From: Planctomycetota bacterium
GTDB taxonomy: Bacteria; Planctomycetota; UBA8108; SXIK01
DNA: 64,000 nt
Direction of reading: 5' to 3'
Assembly: GCA_965223265.1 (NCBI GenBank)
Contig: OZ244999.1
Coordinates: forward strand, 7,264,001 to 7,328,000
Shown here: in pieces, positions 10,245 through 20,500 of the stretch
Layout: every line of letters starts with the position of its first letter
Position numbering within the stretch: the stretch's first letter is position 1
The notes under the pieces: generated by a model
Database searches by the model: none
What the model was told of the DNA's origin: nothing
The model's input: only the letters and a program-made list of their open reading frames with translations
Position numbers and translations under genes: made by a program

Positions 10245-10311
10245 GTGGCAGGCACTCTCCGAGTGCCGTGGCCGGAGAGAAGACGGACGGCACTCGGAGA
10301 GTGCCTGCTAC
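10245..10311. repeat. Inverted pair of REP-like elements (REPIN-like)
   Basis: GTGGCAGGCACTCTCCGAGTGCCGT (10245-10269) and its inverted copy at 10287-10311 (1 mismatch, reads GTAG on the minus strand). Each has an internal palindrome GGCACTC-n3-GAGTGCC; 17-nt spacer. Confidence 0.8.
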
Positions 10312-10488
10312 TATGGTGCGCTTCTGCCGTGCCGTTTGCGCGTGCGCGCGGGCGTGTGGGACACGGGGTCACCGTGCGGCGGGCTTTTGACTCACCTCTT
10401 GCGGAGGCCTCTCATGCGTTTCATCGCTCTCGATGTCAGTCTTGGTTTGACTCGAGACTTGCGGGCTCCTCTGAGCGGTGTGCGGACT

Positions 10489-13400
10489 CTACCCGCCGCG
10501 CTCGCGCAGCGCCTCTTCGAGTCGCTGGCGCAGCTCGCGGTTCTGGATTTCAAGTTGCCGCAAAAACTCACGTCGCTCATCCGTCTGCAGTCGCTGGGTC
10601 GCTTCGAGACGCTCCTTCAGGTATCTGTTCTCTCTCAGCGCGCGCGACATGACAGCAACTTCGTCTTCCGATCGTCGGCGCTCAGCGACAAGCGGCGCGG
10701 CGCGCTCCATGAGCTTCGTGAGCTCGACCAAGTCCGCTTCGTGGCCGAGCCCTTCACTGTTCGCGGCGAGGAGGTCCCGCATCCCGGCGGCGACCGCACT
10801 CAGATCACTGCCGCGCGCCCAGTAGCTACTGCGGAGAATTTCCGCGAACTCGGCGATCAAGGCTTTGAGACGAAACTCGGCACTGGCGTCCGCGAGCGTG
10901 CCACGACGGTGGCGATCCTCGACGCCATGTTCGAGCTCCACTGCGCGTCGATCGTCCACCGCTAAATACCGCACCCGCACGGTGGCCAGCCTGCCAGTCG
11001 CTTCGGGGCGACATCTCAGCTCGTAGAGCGCCGTGACTTGATGTCCTGCTCCGACTTCGCCGGCGTCGACTGCGTCGTCGCGAAAGTCGCGGTCGGCAAT
11101 CGCTCGGTTCTCGTACCCAAGCAACCGGTAACGCGCGACCTTCGCGGCGTCGAACTCAATCTGGAGCTTAACGTCGCGAGCGATCGTCTCGAGCGTGCCT
11201 GTCAGGTTGTCGACGAAAGCGCGCCGTGCCGCCTCGAGTCGGTCGACATAGACGCAGTGGCCATCACCTCGGTCTGCAAGCTGCTCCATGAGGACATCGT
11301 TGTGGTTGCCCATACCGACGCCGATGCAGCTGAGAAGAATACCGCGGGCTCGGTGCTGACGCACGCGCTTGAGGATCGCGTCGACATGAGTTGCCCCGGT
11401 GTTGGCGACACCGTCAGAGAGCAGGATGACACGGTTCGTTCCTGTCACCTGCAGATGCCGCGCGGCCATCTCGTAGCCAAGCGTCAAACCAGCTTCCACA
11501 TTCGTGCTGCGCCCCGGTTGGAGCGTGCCGATCGCGGCGAAAATCGAGGCCGCGTTCTCGGCTCCGGTCGATTCGAGAACGGAACGTGCCGTCGTGTCGA
11601 ACGCTACGATGCCAATGGTATCTCCCTCGTCAAGCTCACCCACGAGTAGACGCAGCGACGACTTGACGAGCTCGAGTCGATTCTCGCGCGCCATGGAGCC
11701 CGAGGCGTCGATCACGAAGACCAACGACGCGGCACGACGCCCTCGCCGGTCCACTCTACGCCCTTGCACATCGATCTTAAGGAGCTCGTACTGTGGCTCG
11801 TGAGCGAAAGGACTCGGCGCCATCTCTGTCGTCACTGAGAAGACATCCGTCGACTTGGCGGGAGCGACGTACGGCTCGCGGAAGTAGTTGATGAACTCTT
11901 CGGTACGAATCGCCTCTGGGGGCGGAAGGAGGTTTCGGCTGAGGAGGTAGCTGCGCGTCAAGGTATAGCTTGCGGTGTCGACGTCGGCCGCGAAGGTCGA
12001 CAGTGGATCGACCCGCGTCTCGACAAACGGGTGCGTACCCCAGTAGCGAAAGAACATCTTGTCAAGTGACTCATCGGGCTTTCGGCGCAGTGCTTCGCAG
12101 TATTGCTGAACGCAGCGTTGAGCGTCACTGCAGCTGTCGAACCGTCGGCGGACCTCGTCTGAGTCGTCGAAATCCAACGGACTTTTCCGCTCGCTCGTAG
12201 CCCCGCTCGCCCCCCCGGCGCTCGTAACGAAACCCAACTTTTGCGTTGGCGAGCGCTGCGCCCGGTGCCGGCGAGTCGTCTCGAGCGACTCAAAGGAGTC
12301 GGCTTCGGCATTGGGACGACGCGAGATGGGTGTCACAATCGATGCGCTACGGCCCACAGCCTCAGGCGCGGCCGCATCCATACTCCACTCGCGAGCCTCG
12401 TCGCTATTCTTCCGGACCGTGGGTCGCGGCGGCGGCGAAACGTCGGTTTGGCGTTGGACTAGCTGCGGGGCTTGCTGGATCTCCTGAATCACCGATTCGG
12501 AGCGTTCCCAATCTAGTTGATCCTTGTCTTGCCGAGGCGCCGATGCTGGCGGTGAAGCAGACCAACGCTGAAACCCGTGCGCATCGCTAGATTCCTCCAA
12601 CCGCTTCGTCGCGGTGCCTTTAGCCTCTACCAGGAAAGCCAACTCTGTCGGCTGCGGTCCAACTCTCTGGAACGCCGCGGTAGCATCCGGCGCCAGGGTG
12701 TCGACAGGCTCGGACTGCGGTTCCTGCGGCGGCGTCTGGACTGAGCCCAGCGCCGAGGAGTTCGGCGGCGTCGGTCGGGCGGTCGACTTGTCGTCAGCGC
12801 TTCTGGAAACCGAAGATGTGAACGAGGATGACGCCACGTCCATCGAAATGTTGTCTTCGGGTGCTCCGTACCACAGGGCCCCGCTCCACACGAGCGCCGT
12901 CGCTGCAGCCAATACGGCGGCGGCCACGAGCACTCGACGCCAACGCGCCGCATGCGTAGGCGCAGGTCTGCTAACGCCGGCAACCGAACTTTCGTCTTCC
13001 GTGCCATCATCTTCCGTACCATCTTCTTCCGTGCCATCGTCTTCCGTGCCATCGTCGAGCATGGCTTCGGCGGCATCACGTCCTGCCGCACTGTCGCCGC
13101 AAGACACCCCTGCCACGGTCTTGGCTGCATGGCGTAATAGCCGCGCCCGAGCGTCACGATCGAGCGTCGCACCGTTCGCCGCGCGCACTTCACCAGCCGC
13201 GCTGCGACCGCCGCTCTCACCTACGTCACTCTCGACGAACTCGTCCAGCGCGGGCGCTTGCAACCTGGGCTCCAACACTGAGTGCCCGTCCCCCGCCTCG
13301 GCAACCAATCGCGCCGTCGCCCGCAAGAGCTCGACCTCGTCGCGGCACGCAGCGCAGGTCTCGAGATGCAAGTCGATTCTCTGCCGCTCGCCAGCAGAGA

Positions 13401-13521
13401 TCACATCGTGCTCGCCAAGAGCATACGCACTCAAAGCGAGCGACTCCCGGCCACGGCGGACGCATTCGGACGGCTCGCTCGGCTCAAATTCTTCGCCTGA
13501 GCTCTTTTGATCGCGGTTCAT
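10489..13521 (-). CDS. Anti-sigma zinc finger + TM + YfbK-like VWA domain fusion protein
   Basis: N-terminal LSAYALGE..HLETCAACRDE (HxxxCxxC), TM VLVAAAVLAAATALVW, YfbK-like STFAADVDTASY/IRTEEFINYF, MIDAS DASGS, LLSDG, YRLLGYENR..DAGEVGAGHQVTALYE. AAGGAG RBS before 13521. Confidence 0.85.
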   Translation of the reverse strand: MNRDQKSSGEEFEPSEPSECVRRGRESLALSAYALGEHDVISAGERQRIDLHLETCAACRDEVELLRATARLVAEAGDGHSVLEPRLQAPALDEFVESDVGESGGRSAAGEVRAANGATLDRDARARLLRHAAKTVAGVSCGDSAAGRDAAEAMLDDGTEDDGTEEDGTEDDGTEDESSVAGVSRPAPTHAARWRRVLVAAAVLAAATALVWSGALWYGAPEDNISMDVASSSFTSSVSRSADDKSTARPTPPNSSALGSVQTPPQEPQSEPVDTLAPDATAAFQRVGPQPTELAFLVEAKGTATKRLEESSDAHGFQRWSASPPASAPRQDKDQLDWERSESVIQEIQQAPQLVQRQTDVSPPPRPTVRKNSDEAREWSMDAAAPEAVGRSASIVTPISRRPNAEADSFESLETTRRHRAQRSPTQKLGFVTSAGGASGATSERKSPLDFDDSDEVRRRFDSCSDAQRCVQQYCEALRRKPDESLDKMFFRYWGTHPFVETRVDPLSTFAADVDTASYTLTRSYLLSRNLLPPPEAIRTEEFINYFREPYVAPAKSTDVFSVTTEMAPSPFAHEPQYELLKIDVQGRRVDRRGRRAASLVFVIDASGSMARENRLELVKSSLRLLVGELDEGDTIGIVAFDTTARSVLESTGAENAASIFAAIGTLQPGRSTNVEAGLTLGYEMAARHLQVTGTNRVILLSDGVANTGATHVDAILKRVRQHRARGILLSCIGVGMGNHNDVLMEQLADRGDGHCVYVDRLEAARRAFVDNLTGTLETIARDVKLQIEFDAAKVARYRLLGYENRAIADRDFRDDAVDAGEVGAGHQVTALYELRCRPEATGRLATVRVRYLAVDDRRAVELEHGVEDRHRRGTLADASAEFRLKALIAEFAEILRSSYWARGSDLSAVAAGMRDLLAANSEGLGHEADLVELTKLMERAAPLVAERRRSEDEVAVMSRALRENRYLKERLEATQRLQTDERREFLRQLEIQNRELRQRLEEALRERGG
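12995..13054. repeat. 4 x 15-bp in-frame tandem repeat encoding (D/E)DGTE
   Basis: Unit TCTTCCGT(G/A)CCATCN four times, within the linker of the VWA fusion gene. Confidence 0.85.
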
Positions 13522-13559
13522 ACGAGTTCTCCTTTGACGTCTTCCCCGCCAATGCCGTT

Positions 13560-14087
13560 TCACACAAGGCCGCGCTGCCGCAGATCTCGCGCCAAGCTCT
13601 TCAGACCGTGGTGCATGAGATATCCAACGTGGCCGACTGTGTGACCTGTAGCTGCGCTGATCTCGCGGTAGGTCTTCTGCTCGTGCAGCTTCAGAACCAG
13701 AACTTGCCGCTGCTTCGCGGGCAAACGCGAGATCGCTGCATGCACGGCTTCGGCGGTTTCGATTCCGGCGAGGGGACAATCGGCCGACGCGCGCCGCAGA
13801 GTCGAAGCCGCACGGTGCCTCTCTTGCATCCGCTTCTCCTTTCGCAGTTCGTCGACCGCGACATTGCGAGCCACGCGGTAGAGCCAGGCCGCCAAACTCT
13901 CGATTCCATTGAGCTCCCGTGCCTCTCTGGCAAGACGAAGAAACGTCTCCTGCACGACGTCCTCGGCGATACCCGGCGCGTAACGGCCGACGTACTGTAG
14001 CAGCGGACGCTCGTAGCGCGTCACCAGCGTCTCAAACGCGACGAGCTCTCCGGCACGATAACGATCGATGAGATCGCGATCCGTCAC
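13560..14087 (-). CDS. ECF-type RNA polymerase sigma-70 factor
   Basis: AEDVVQETFLRL, AWLYRVARN, LPAKQRQVLVL..TYREIS (regions 2 and 4). Confidence 0.92.
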   Translation of the reverse strand: MTDRDLIDRYRAGELVAFETLVTRYERPLLQYVGRYAPGIAEDVVQETFLRLAREARELNGIESLAAWLYRVARNVAVDELRKEKRMQERHRAASTLRRASADCPLAGIETAEAVHAAISRLPAKQRQVLVLKLHEQKTYREISAATGHTVGHVGYLMHHGLKSLARDLRQRGLV

Positions 14088-14180
14088 GAGATCCTTACCT
14101 AACGCGAGTTTTGCGAGATTGCATGGCCACCGCGACTAACCTCCGCGGCGGCGCGCCAGAGCGTCGAGCTCTGCCATCAA

Positions 14181-14207
14181 GACGTCTGCCGGGCTACCAA
14201 TGTTAGA
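14181..14207 (-). promoter_or_regulatory. Candidate ECF-type (autoregulatory) promoter
   Basis: Minus strand reads TCTAAC-N17-CGTC about 95 bp upstream of the ECF gene, matching the generic AAC/CGT pattern. Short motif that could occur by chance. Confidence 0.35.
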
Positions 14208-14295
14208 GATTTCGCGAAAATCCGTGAGCCCTCGCCAAGAGCATTCGGAGTCATTGCCCCTCCCAACCAGCGGATCGCATCCATATACTGCCAGC

Positions 14296-15960
14296 ATGAT
14301 GACGCAATCGCGCTTCGATGCTCATGTGCCAGGTACGTCGGCAGCAACCGCACTGTCGTCCTCCGAGGAAAGCCGCCGATTCTTCCAGACCCGACTCACG
14401 CTGCTTGCCAAAATCGCGAGCTCGCTCATTCTCCTACACGTCGTGCTCGCCAACGTCGTGCTGCTCGCAGTTGGGAGGTACACATGGGTCGACGTTGGAC
14501 GCGATCTCGGCAACTATGTCAGCCTCAGCTGCGGCCTGTTTTGGGCGACCCTTTGGCTGGTGTGTCGGCGCGGCGAGCGCTCGTTTCGAGCACTGCGCCT
14601 ACTCGATCCGATCGCAGCAGTTTCGTATTCAAGCGCCGTCGCACTTCAAGCATGGCTCGCCAAAGACAGCCCGTTCATCATTCACAACTCAATCCTGCCT
14701 CTAACCTACGCGGTGATCGCTCGTGCGGTGATCATTCCCTCGAGTGCGCAGCGCACCGCCTGGGTGAGCACTCTTTGCTTCGTGCCGGCGTTCGTCGTGT
14801 ACTACTTCATCCTGCACCGAGGCGGTGGTGCAGCGTGGCCCGACGTGGTCGAAAGACCTTCCTATGTCCTCGTCGTCGTGCGTGGCTTTTTTAGCGTCGC
14901 GCTGGCGACGATCGTCTCGCAGGTGATCTACGGACTCCAGAGGCAAGTGCATAAGGCCAGACAACTCGGGCAGTACCGCCTCGAGGAAAAGATCGGCCAG
15001 GGGGGCATGGGCGAAGTGTACCGCGCACGTCACGCTATGCTGCGTCGACCGACGGCGGTGAAGCTCTTGCGCCCGGAGATGGCCGGGGAGCAAAGCATCG
15101 CTCGTTTCGAACGCGAGGTACAGCTCACAAGTCAGCTCACACATCCCAACACGATTGCGATCTACGACTTCGGCCGCACGCCGGAAGGCACGTTCTACTA
15201 CGCCATGGAGTTTCTCGCCGGAATCAACTTGGACGATCTGGTGAAAGAGTTCGGCCCGCAGAGCCCTGGGCGAGTCATCTTCGTTCTAAAGCAGGTGTGT
15301 CTCTCGCTTGCCGAGGCACATGCAACGGGTTTGATTCATCGTGACATCAAACCCGCGAACATCATTCTCTGTGAACGCGGCACACTCCACGACGTCGCCA
15401 AAGTCGTCGACTTCGGCCTTGTCAAGGATGTTGAGACGGGCGCTAGCACCACCCTGAGCGGCGTCAACGCGATCACGGGGACCCCGCTCTACATGTCGCC
15501 CGAGGCGATCAAGTCACCCGAAAACCTCGATGCGCGCAGCGACATCTACGCGGTCGGTGCCGTTGGCTATTACCTTCTCACCGGTCGATCGCTCTTCGAC
15601 ACTGTGAATCTTATGGAAGTGTGCAGCCTGCAACTGACGCAGATGCCGGAATCGCCGAGCCAGCGTCTCGAGACTGCCGTTCCAGCTGACCTGGAAGGTC
15701 TGATCATGAGCTGCCTGCAGAAGGAGCGCGCCGATCGTCCCGCCTCAGCGAAGGAGCTCGCTGGCGAACTGAGTCGGTGTTCTGACGCCGCTGCTTGGAG
15801 CGAAGCGGAGGCCGAATCGTGGTGGAACGATCACCAGCCTCGGATCGGCGCAACCTTCAGCGAAGCTCCTACGATCGGCGATCCAGGCAGCGGTGACAGC
15901 TGGGAGAAGCCGACTTCACTTGGTGCGACCGTGACGATCGACGTGGACGGACGCCTGTGA
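14296..15960 (+). CDS. Membrane-anchored Hanks-type Ser/Thr protein kinase
   Basis: Several N-terminal TM segments, then GQGGMGEVY, AVKLL, HRDIKPAN, DFGLVK, GTPLYMSPE. Confidence 0.93.
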   Translation: MMTQSRFDAHVPGTSAATALSSSEESRRFFQTRLTLLAKIASSLILLHVVLANVVLLAVGRYTWVDVGRDLGNYVSLSCGLFWATLWLVCRRGERSFRALRLLDPIAAVSYSSAVALQAWLAKDSPFIIHNSILPLTYAVIARAVIIPSSAQRTAWVSTLCFVPAFVVYYFILHRGGGAAWPDVVERPSYVLVVVRGFFSVALATIVSQVIYGLQRQVHKARQLGQYRLEEKIGQGGMGEVYRARHAMLRRPTAVKLLRPEMAGEQSIARFEREVQLTSQLTHPNTIAIYDFGRTPEGTFYYAMEFLAGINLDDLVKEFGPQSPGRVIFVLKQVCLSLAEAHATGLIHRDIKPANIILCERGTLHDVAKVVDFGLVKDVETGASTTLSGVNAITGTPLYMSPEAIKSPENLDARSDIYAVGAVGYYLLTGRSLFDTVNLMEVCSLQLTQMPESPSQRLETAVPADLEGLIMSCLQKERADRPASAKELAGELSRCSDAAAWSEAEAESWWNDHQPRIGATFSEAPTIGDPGSGDSWEKPTSLGATVTIDVDGRL

Positions 15961-16052
15961 AGAAAGGTAGGAAGAGACGTAGGAAAAAACCAGTCGCCGC
16001 GGCACGTTGCAGAGTCACGCGGTCGGCACTTTAGCGCGTGTGGAGAGACCCT

Positions 16053-17252
16053 ATGATGGCACCGCTTTCACAAACTGATGTTGACGCGATGCAGCGCGCC
16101 ATCGCTGACGCCGGGCTCGATGGCTGGCTGTTTTACGACTTTCGAGGCAGCGATCCGATCGCGCGCAAGATTCTCGATCTCGACCCGGAGCTCACGACGA
16201 CGCGCCGTTGGTTCTACTTCGTCCCATCACTTGGCGAGCCGGTACGACTCGAACACGCGATCGAGTCGCAGGCGCTCGCCGCGCTGCCGGGTGATTCACA
16301 GACCTATCTGAGCTGGGAGTCGCTGCAAGAACACCTGGAGAAGCTGCTCACTGGGTGTCGACGCATCGCCATGCAGCACTCACCGCGATGCGAGGTGCCC
16401 TACATCGCGAGAGTGGACGGTGGCACTCTTGAGCTCGTCCGCAGTGCCGGCGTACAGATCGTCTCCAGCGCCGACTTGGTGCAGCAGTTTGATGCCACGC
16501 TGACGGACGAGCAACTGGCGTCCCATCGGCGCGCCGCGGCGACGCTCCGATCGCTGATCGACGTGGTGTTTTCGTTCGCTGCCGAGAGAGTCTCCGCGGC
16601 GGCGCAGGTCACCGAGCGTGATATCCTCGAGTTCCTCACTGGCCAACTAGACGCGCACGGACTCGTCTACGACCACGAACCGATCGTTGCGGTCAACGCC
16701 AACGCCGCGGATCCACACTTCGCCGTTCCGGCATCGGGCAGCGAAATCGTCCGGCGCGGCGACCTCCTTCTCGTCGACGTGTGGGCGAAAGAACGCGCCC
16801 CCAAGAGCATCTACGCCGACATTACATGGACCGCCGTGCTCGAAAGCACTGCTGCCGACGAGATCGCCGGTGTTTTCGCGGTTGTTCGAGATGCGCGAGA
16901 CCTCGTCGTCGACCACCTTCGCGATCATGTCCGAGCTGGGAAGAGCGTGCGCGGTTTCGAGCTCGACCGCATCGCTCGCGACCACATCGGGCGCTCTGGC
17001 TACGGCGACTACTTCATCCACCGCACAGGTCACTCGATCCACGAGGAAGGGCACGGTAACGGCGCCAACCTCGACGACCTCGAAACGCACGACAGTCGCG
17101 TGATCCTGCCGCACACACTGTTCAGCGTCGAACCTGGCATCTATCTGCCGGGTCGCTTCGGAATCCGCAGCGAGATCAACGTATACCACGCGGGCGACTC
17201 GATCGAGGTGACCGGCGGATCTCAGCAAACGGAACTGCTAACGCTCCTCTGA
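16053..17252 (+). CDS. Xaa-Pro peptidase (M24 family)
   Basis: DPH, LLVDVW..YADITW, HRTGHSI, FSVEPGIY, GIRSE metal-ligand motifs. Confidence 0.9.
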   Translation: MMAPLSQTDVDAMQRAIADAGLDGWLFYDFRGSDPIARKILDLDPELTTTRRWFYFVPSLGEPVRLEHAIESQALAALPGDSQTYLSWESLQEHLEKLLTGCRRIAMQHSPRCEVPYIARVDGGTLELVRSAGVQIVSSADLVQQFDATLTDEQLASHRRAAATLRSLIDVVFSFAAERVSAAAQVTERDILEFLTGQLDAHGLVYDHEPIVAVNANAADPHFAVPASGSEIVRRGDLLLVDVWAKERAPKSIYADITWTAVLESTAADEIAGVFAVVRDARDLVVDHLRDHVRAGKSVRGFELDRIARDHIGRSGYGDYFIHRTGHSIHEEGHGNGANLDDLETHDSRVILPHTLFSVEPGIYLPGRFGIRSEINVYHAGDSIEVTGGSQQTELLTLL

Positions 17253-17555
17253 GCCCGTAAGCAAAGAGGCGAAAGAGACTGCCTGCGCTCGGAATCGGGC
17301 TGACTCTCAGATTTTCTGAGCCACGACACCCGAAATTCCCCCCGGAACTTGAAGACGGCACGAAATGAGCCCGGATTTCTCACCAACATGGTTCGCACGT
17401 CCCGCGTCCGCGGCATTCACGGCGGAGCGATCTGCGTGCCGCAGCGATCCAGGCCGCTGCTGTCGAGTTGTTCTATATCCGTTATAATCGACCCTCAGTC
17501 TGGGTCACGCGGCGGCGCGTTAGGAAGCAGCAGGCGATCGAATGAGGTAGGTTCT

Positions 17556-20500
17556 ATGCGACAGCGCTCGCTCACGATCTCTCGTCACGCTTGGTTCGTG
17601 ATTCTGCTTGTGCTCGCGTCGACTGCAACATCGCCGACAAACGGTCAGGAAGCCGTGTCGCTGATCTCGAGAGGCGACGACGCTGTGTTCGCTGACGGCC
17701 CGTCGACGAACCCACGCACCAATCGAGATGGCACCGTGGTCGTCTTTCAGTCAGAAGCGCCCGACATCACCGTGGGCGACGGCGATCGTTTGAGCGACGT
17801 TTTCCTACGCATCGTACCAGTCAACCGCACGATTTTGATCAGTCAGGACGCGACGACCGAGGCCAAAGGTGATGGGAACAGCGTCAACCCGAGTATCGAT
17901 GGGCCTGGCAGTAACATCGTCTACGCCAGCGACGCGAACAATCTGAGCGGTTCCGACAACAACGACTTCCGAGACATCTACTACTGGACCTCCGAAGTCG
18001 CCCCTCCATTCCCGACGATTCTGATCAGCCGAGCGGCCGACTCGTCCATCGCGGCAGACGGCGTTTCCGACGATCCAGAGATCTCGGCCGACGGTGATTG
18101 GGTCGCTTTCAAATCGACGGCCACCAATCTGGTTCGTGATCGCGACATCGTGGACCCCTTATCCCTCATCTATGTACATCCTTTGACTGACCCTTTTGGC
18201 GTCGGCCGGGCTGAACTCGTTTCGCCCCCAGTCGGCGACCCAGCAAATGCTGATTGCGTTGATCCGGACATCAGCGGCGACGGAAACTTTGTCGTCTTCA
18301 GCTCGAAAGCCGACAACCTCGTTGAAGGTGACACCAACGGCGTCTCGGACGTATTCCTCGTCGATCGCCGACTCGGAACAATCGAGAGAATCAGCCGCGG
18401 CACGCGGCGCAGCCAAGCCAACGGCCCGAGCAGCAACCCACGCATCAGTGACGACAGCCGTTACGTAGCGTTCGATTCGAACGCTACCAACCTCGTCGGG
18501 CGAGACACGAACGACGCAACGGATGTGTTCCGCTTCGATCGTCTGACCGCCAAGATCAAGCGCGTTACGTTCACCGAGTCGGGCGAGCAGATTCCCGCCT
18601 CGCCCGAGCGCGGCAGCGTAATGACGAATGACATCTCCGAAGACGGTCGATTCGTCGCCTTCGATCTTGGGGCTACGATCACGTTCGCTGAGAACAACCG
18701 CCTGCGCGATGTCCACGTGCGCGACTGCCTGCTCGAACGCACTATCCTCGCCAGCATCACACGCGGTGGCGCGGCTGGCAACGGTGACTCGCGGCGCGGC
18801 AGTCTCTGCGCCGACGGTTCCTGTGTAGTGTTCGACACCTCGGCAAGCAATCTGTTGATCGGTAGTCCAATTGGAATCGCTGATACGAACGAGGTCGACG
18901 ACGTCTACCTTCGCACGAGCCTGCCGCTGGCCGGAGTGCCCGAAGCGGAGATGGCACATAACGCGATCCTGTTCTGCGCAGAGAACAGCCTCGTGGGCGC
19001 GATCAGCCTCGACGGTGTGGTGCGCGATGGAGGCCTGCTCCTCGAGCCGCCTGGACGACGTTTTGCAGTCGACGAGCGCAACATCCTCTGGATTCTCGAC
19101 ATCGACGGAACCATCCAAAGAGTGGAGGCTTCCACGTTTGGGTCCCTCGATCCAGAGCAGTTTCCGCCGATTCAAATTGGCGCCGACAACTACCTCGATT
19201 TCGTCGCCGGCGGTGGAGCTGCGTGGGTGGCCGGCGCTAACGGCGTCTTTCGCGTTGATAGCAGCGGCATCACCGCGGCCCACGAAATCGAGATCGCCGC
19301 TGACAGCGTCGCCATGGCGCTCGATCCGTCCGGCCGCCTTTGGATCGCGTCCTGGAGCGCAGAGCGCGGTCTCACAACCGTTGTCAAAGCGCGGGGCGAC
19401 CTCACACCTCCACGCCGCATCCGATACGCAAACTCCGAATTCAAGGAAATCGAGCAAATCGCCTTCGATTCGCGGGGGCAGCTTTACTTGCGCACGCCCG
19501 AGTTCCTCTGCAGTCTGTCACCTTCGGGAGGCGTGCTTTGGTGTCGGAACGTTCCTGGTGACGGGCTGGCGGTCAGCGGTAACGGTGAAATCTACACCGC
19601 CTCCGGCGACTTCATCCTCTGTTTCAATCCCAAAGGGGAAGTGCGGCTACGAGAACCGCTCCGATTTATCGAACCTGCCGACATCGTCCTCGATGGACTG
19701 GGACGACCCTGGATCATGATGGAAGGCGTTTCACGCCTGTTTCGTTTCGATCCCGAAACTCGACGCACCGACACTTTCCCGATCGGAACAAGGCTCAAGG
19801 ATCAGCTCCACAGTCGCTGGACACCCTACGCCGCCATGGTCGCCAGTCCTGACTTTGACAGCGACGGAGACGGCTTCCTCAACGGCGTCGAGGCGCGCAG
19901 CGGGTTCAATCCGTTCGACGCCACGAGCCCGGCCGCTAAGGTGGCCCTACTCCCCGTGATCGACGCGCGAGCCACCGTCGTCGACCAAAGCAGCGTGCGC
20001 TTGCAGTGGACAAGCCCGATCGTCTACGAGCGGTTCTACGTGTTCCGGGATGGTCAGCTGATCGACGGCGCGCCGTTTCCGTTCAGCGCGGGGCGTGACG
20101 GCGTGATCGACGCGAACGTCCGAGGAGGCGGCACACGAACCTACAAGATTGTCGGACAAGGCATCGGAGGTGCAAAACTTCTCGGCCAGGGTGGCGGCTT
20201 TCCAGAGCCGGGCGTTGAGCTGCCAGCGTCCCCGGAAGTAACCGTTTCGGTGACGCTCGGCGAAGGAGAACTCATTGGCTGCGTCGACTTTGAACAACTC
20301 GAACCGACCGCGGTTGCGTACAACCGCGACACAGATGAAGTGACCGTGGCGTTCGCCGGTGGCGATCTGGTGACGTTTCCATTCCAAGACCCCAATGATC
20401 TCGACGCGCAAAGTCTGATCCTGCGAACCCTGCCAGCCGCCTTTGCCAATCCCGACTCCGAGATCCGCGGCATGACCTACGATCCAGCAGACCCCTCCGC

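Noticed and set aside
10121-10311. Possible CRISPR array
   Set aside because: Contiguous 6-bp units with no unique spacers, and no cas genes in the window.
10004-10372. Poly-(His-Ala) N-terminal extension of PncA and the (CA/WA)n, (VR/GR)n, (CV/GV)n ORFs
   Set aside because: These are translations of the hexamer repeat, which has no stop in any frame. PncA homology begins at 10003 and nothing supports the upstream start.
13522-13779. Extended start of the VWA fusion overlapping the ECF gene
   Set aside because: A strong AAGGAG RBS precedes the ATG at 13521; the extension is a shadow of the sigma gene.
18159-19457. Long antisense ORFs (432 aa here; also 6092-7003, 59371-60255 and others)
   Set aside because: They lie opposite well-supported genes, show no motifs, and are expected in high-GC coding DNA.
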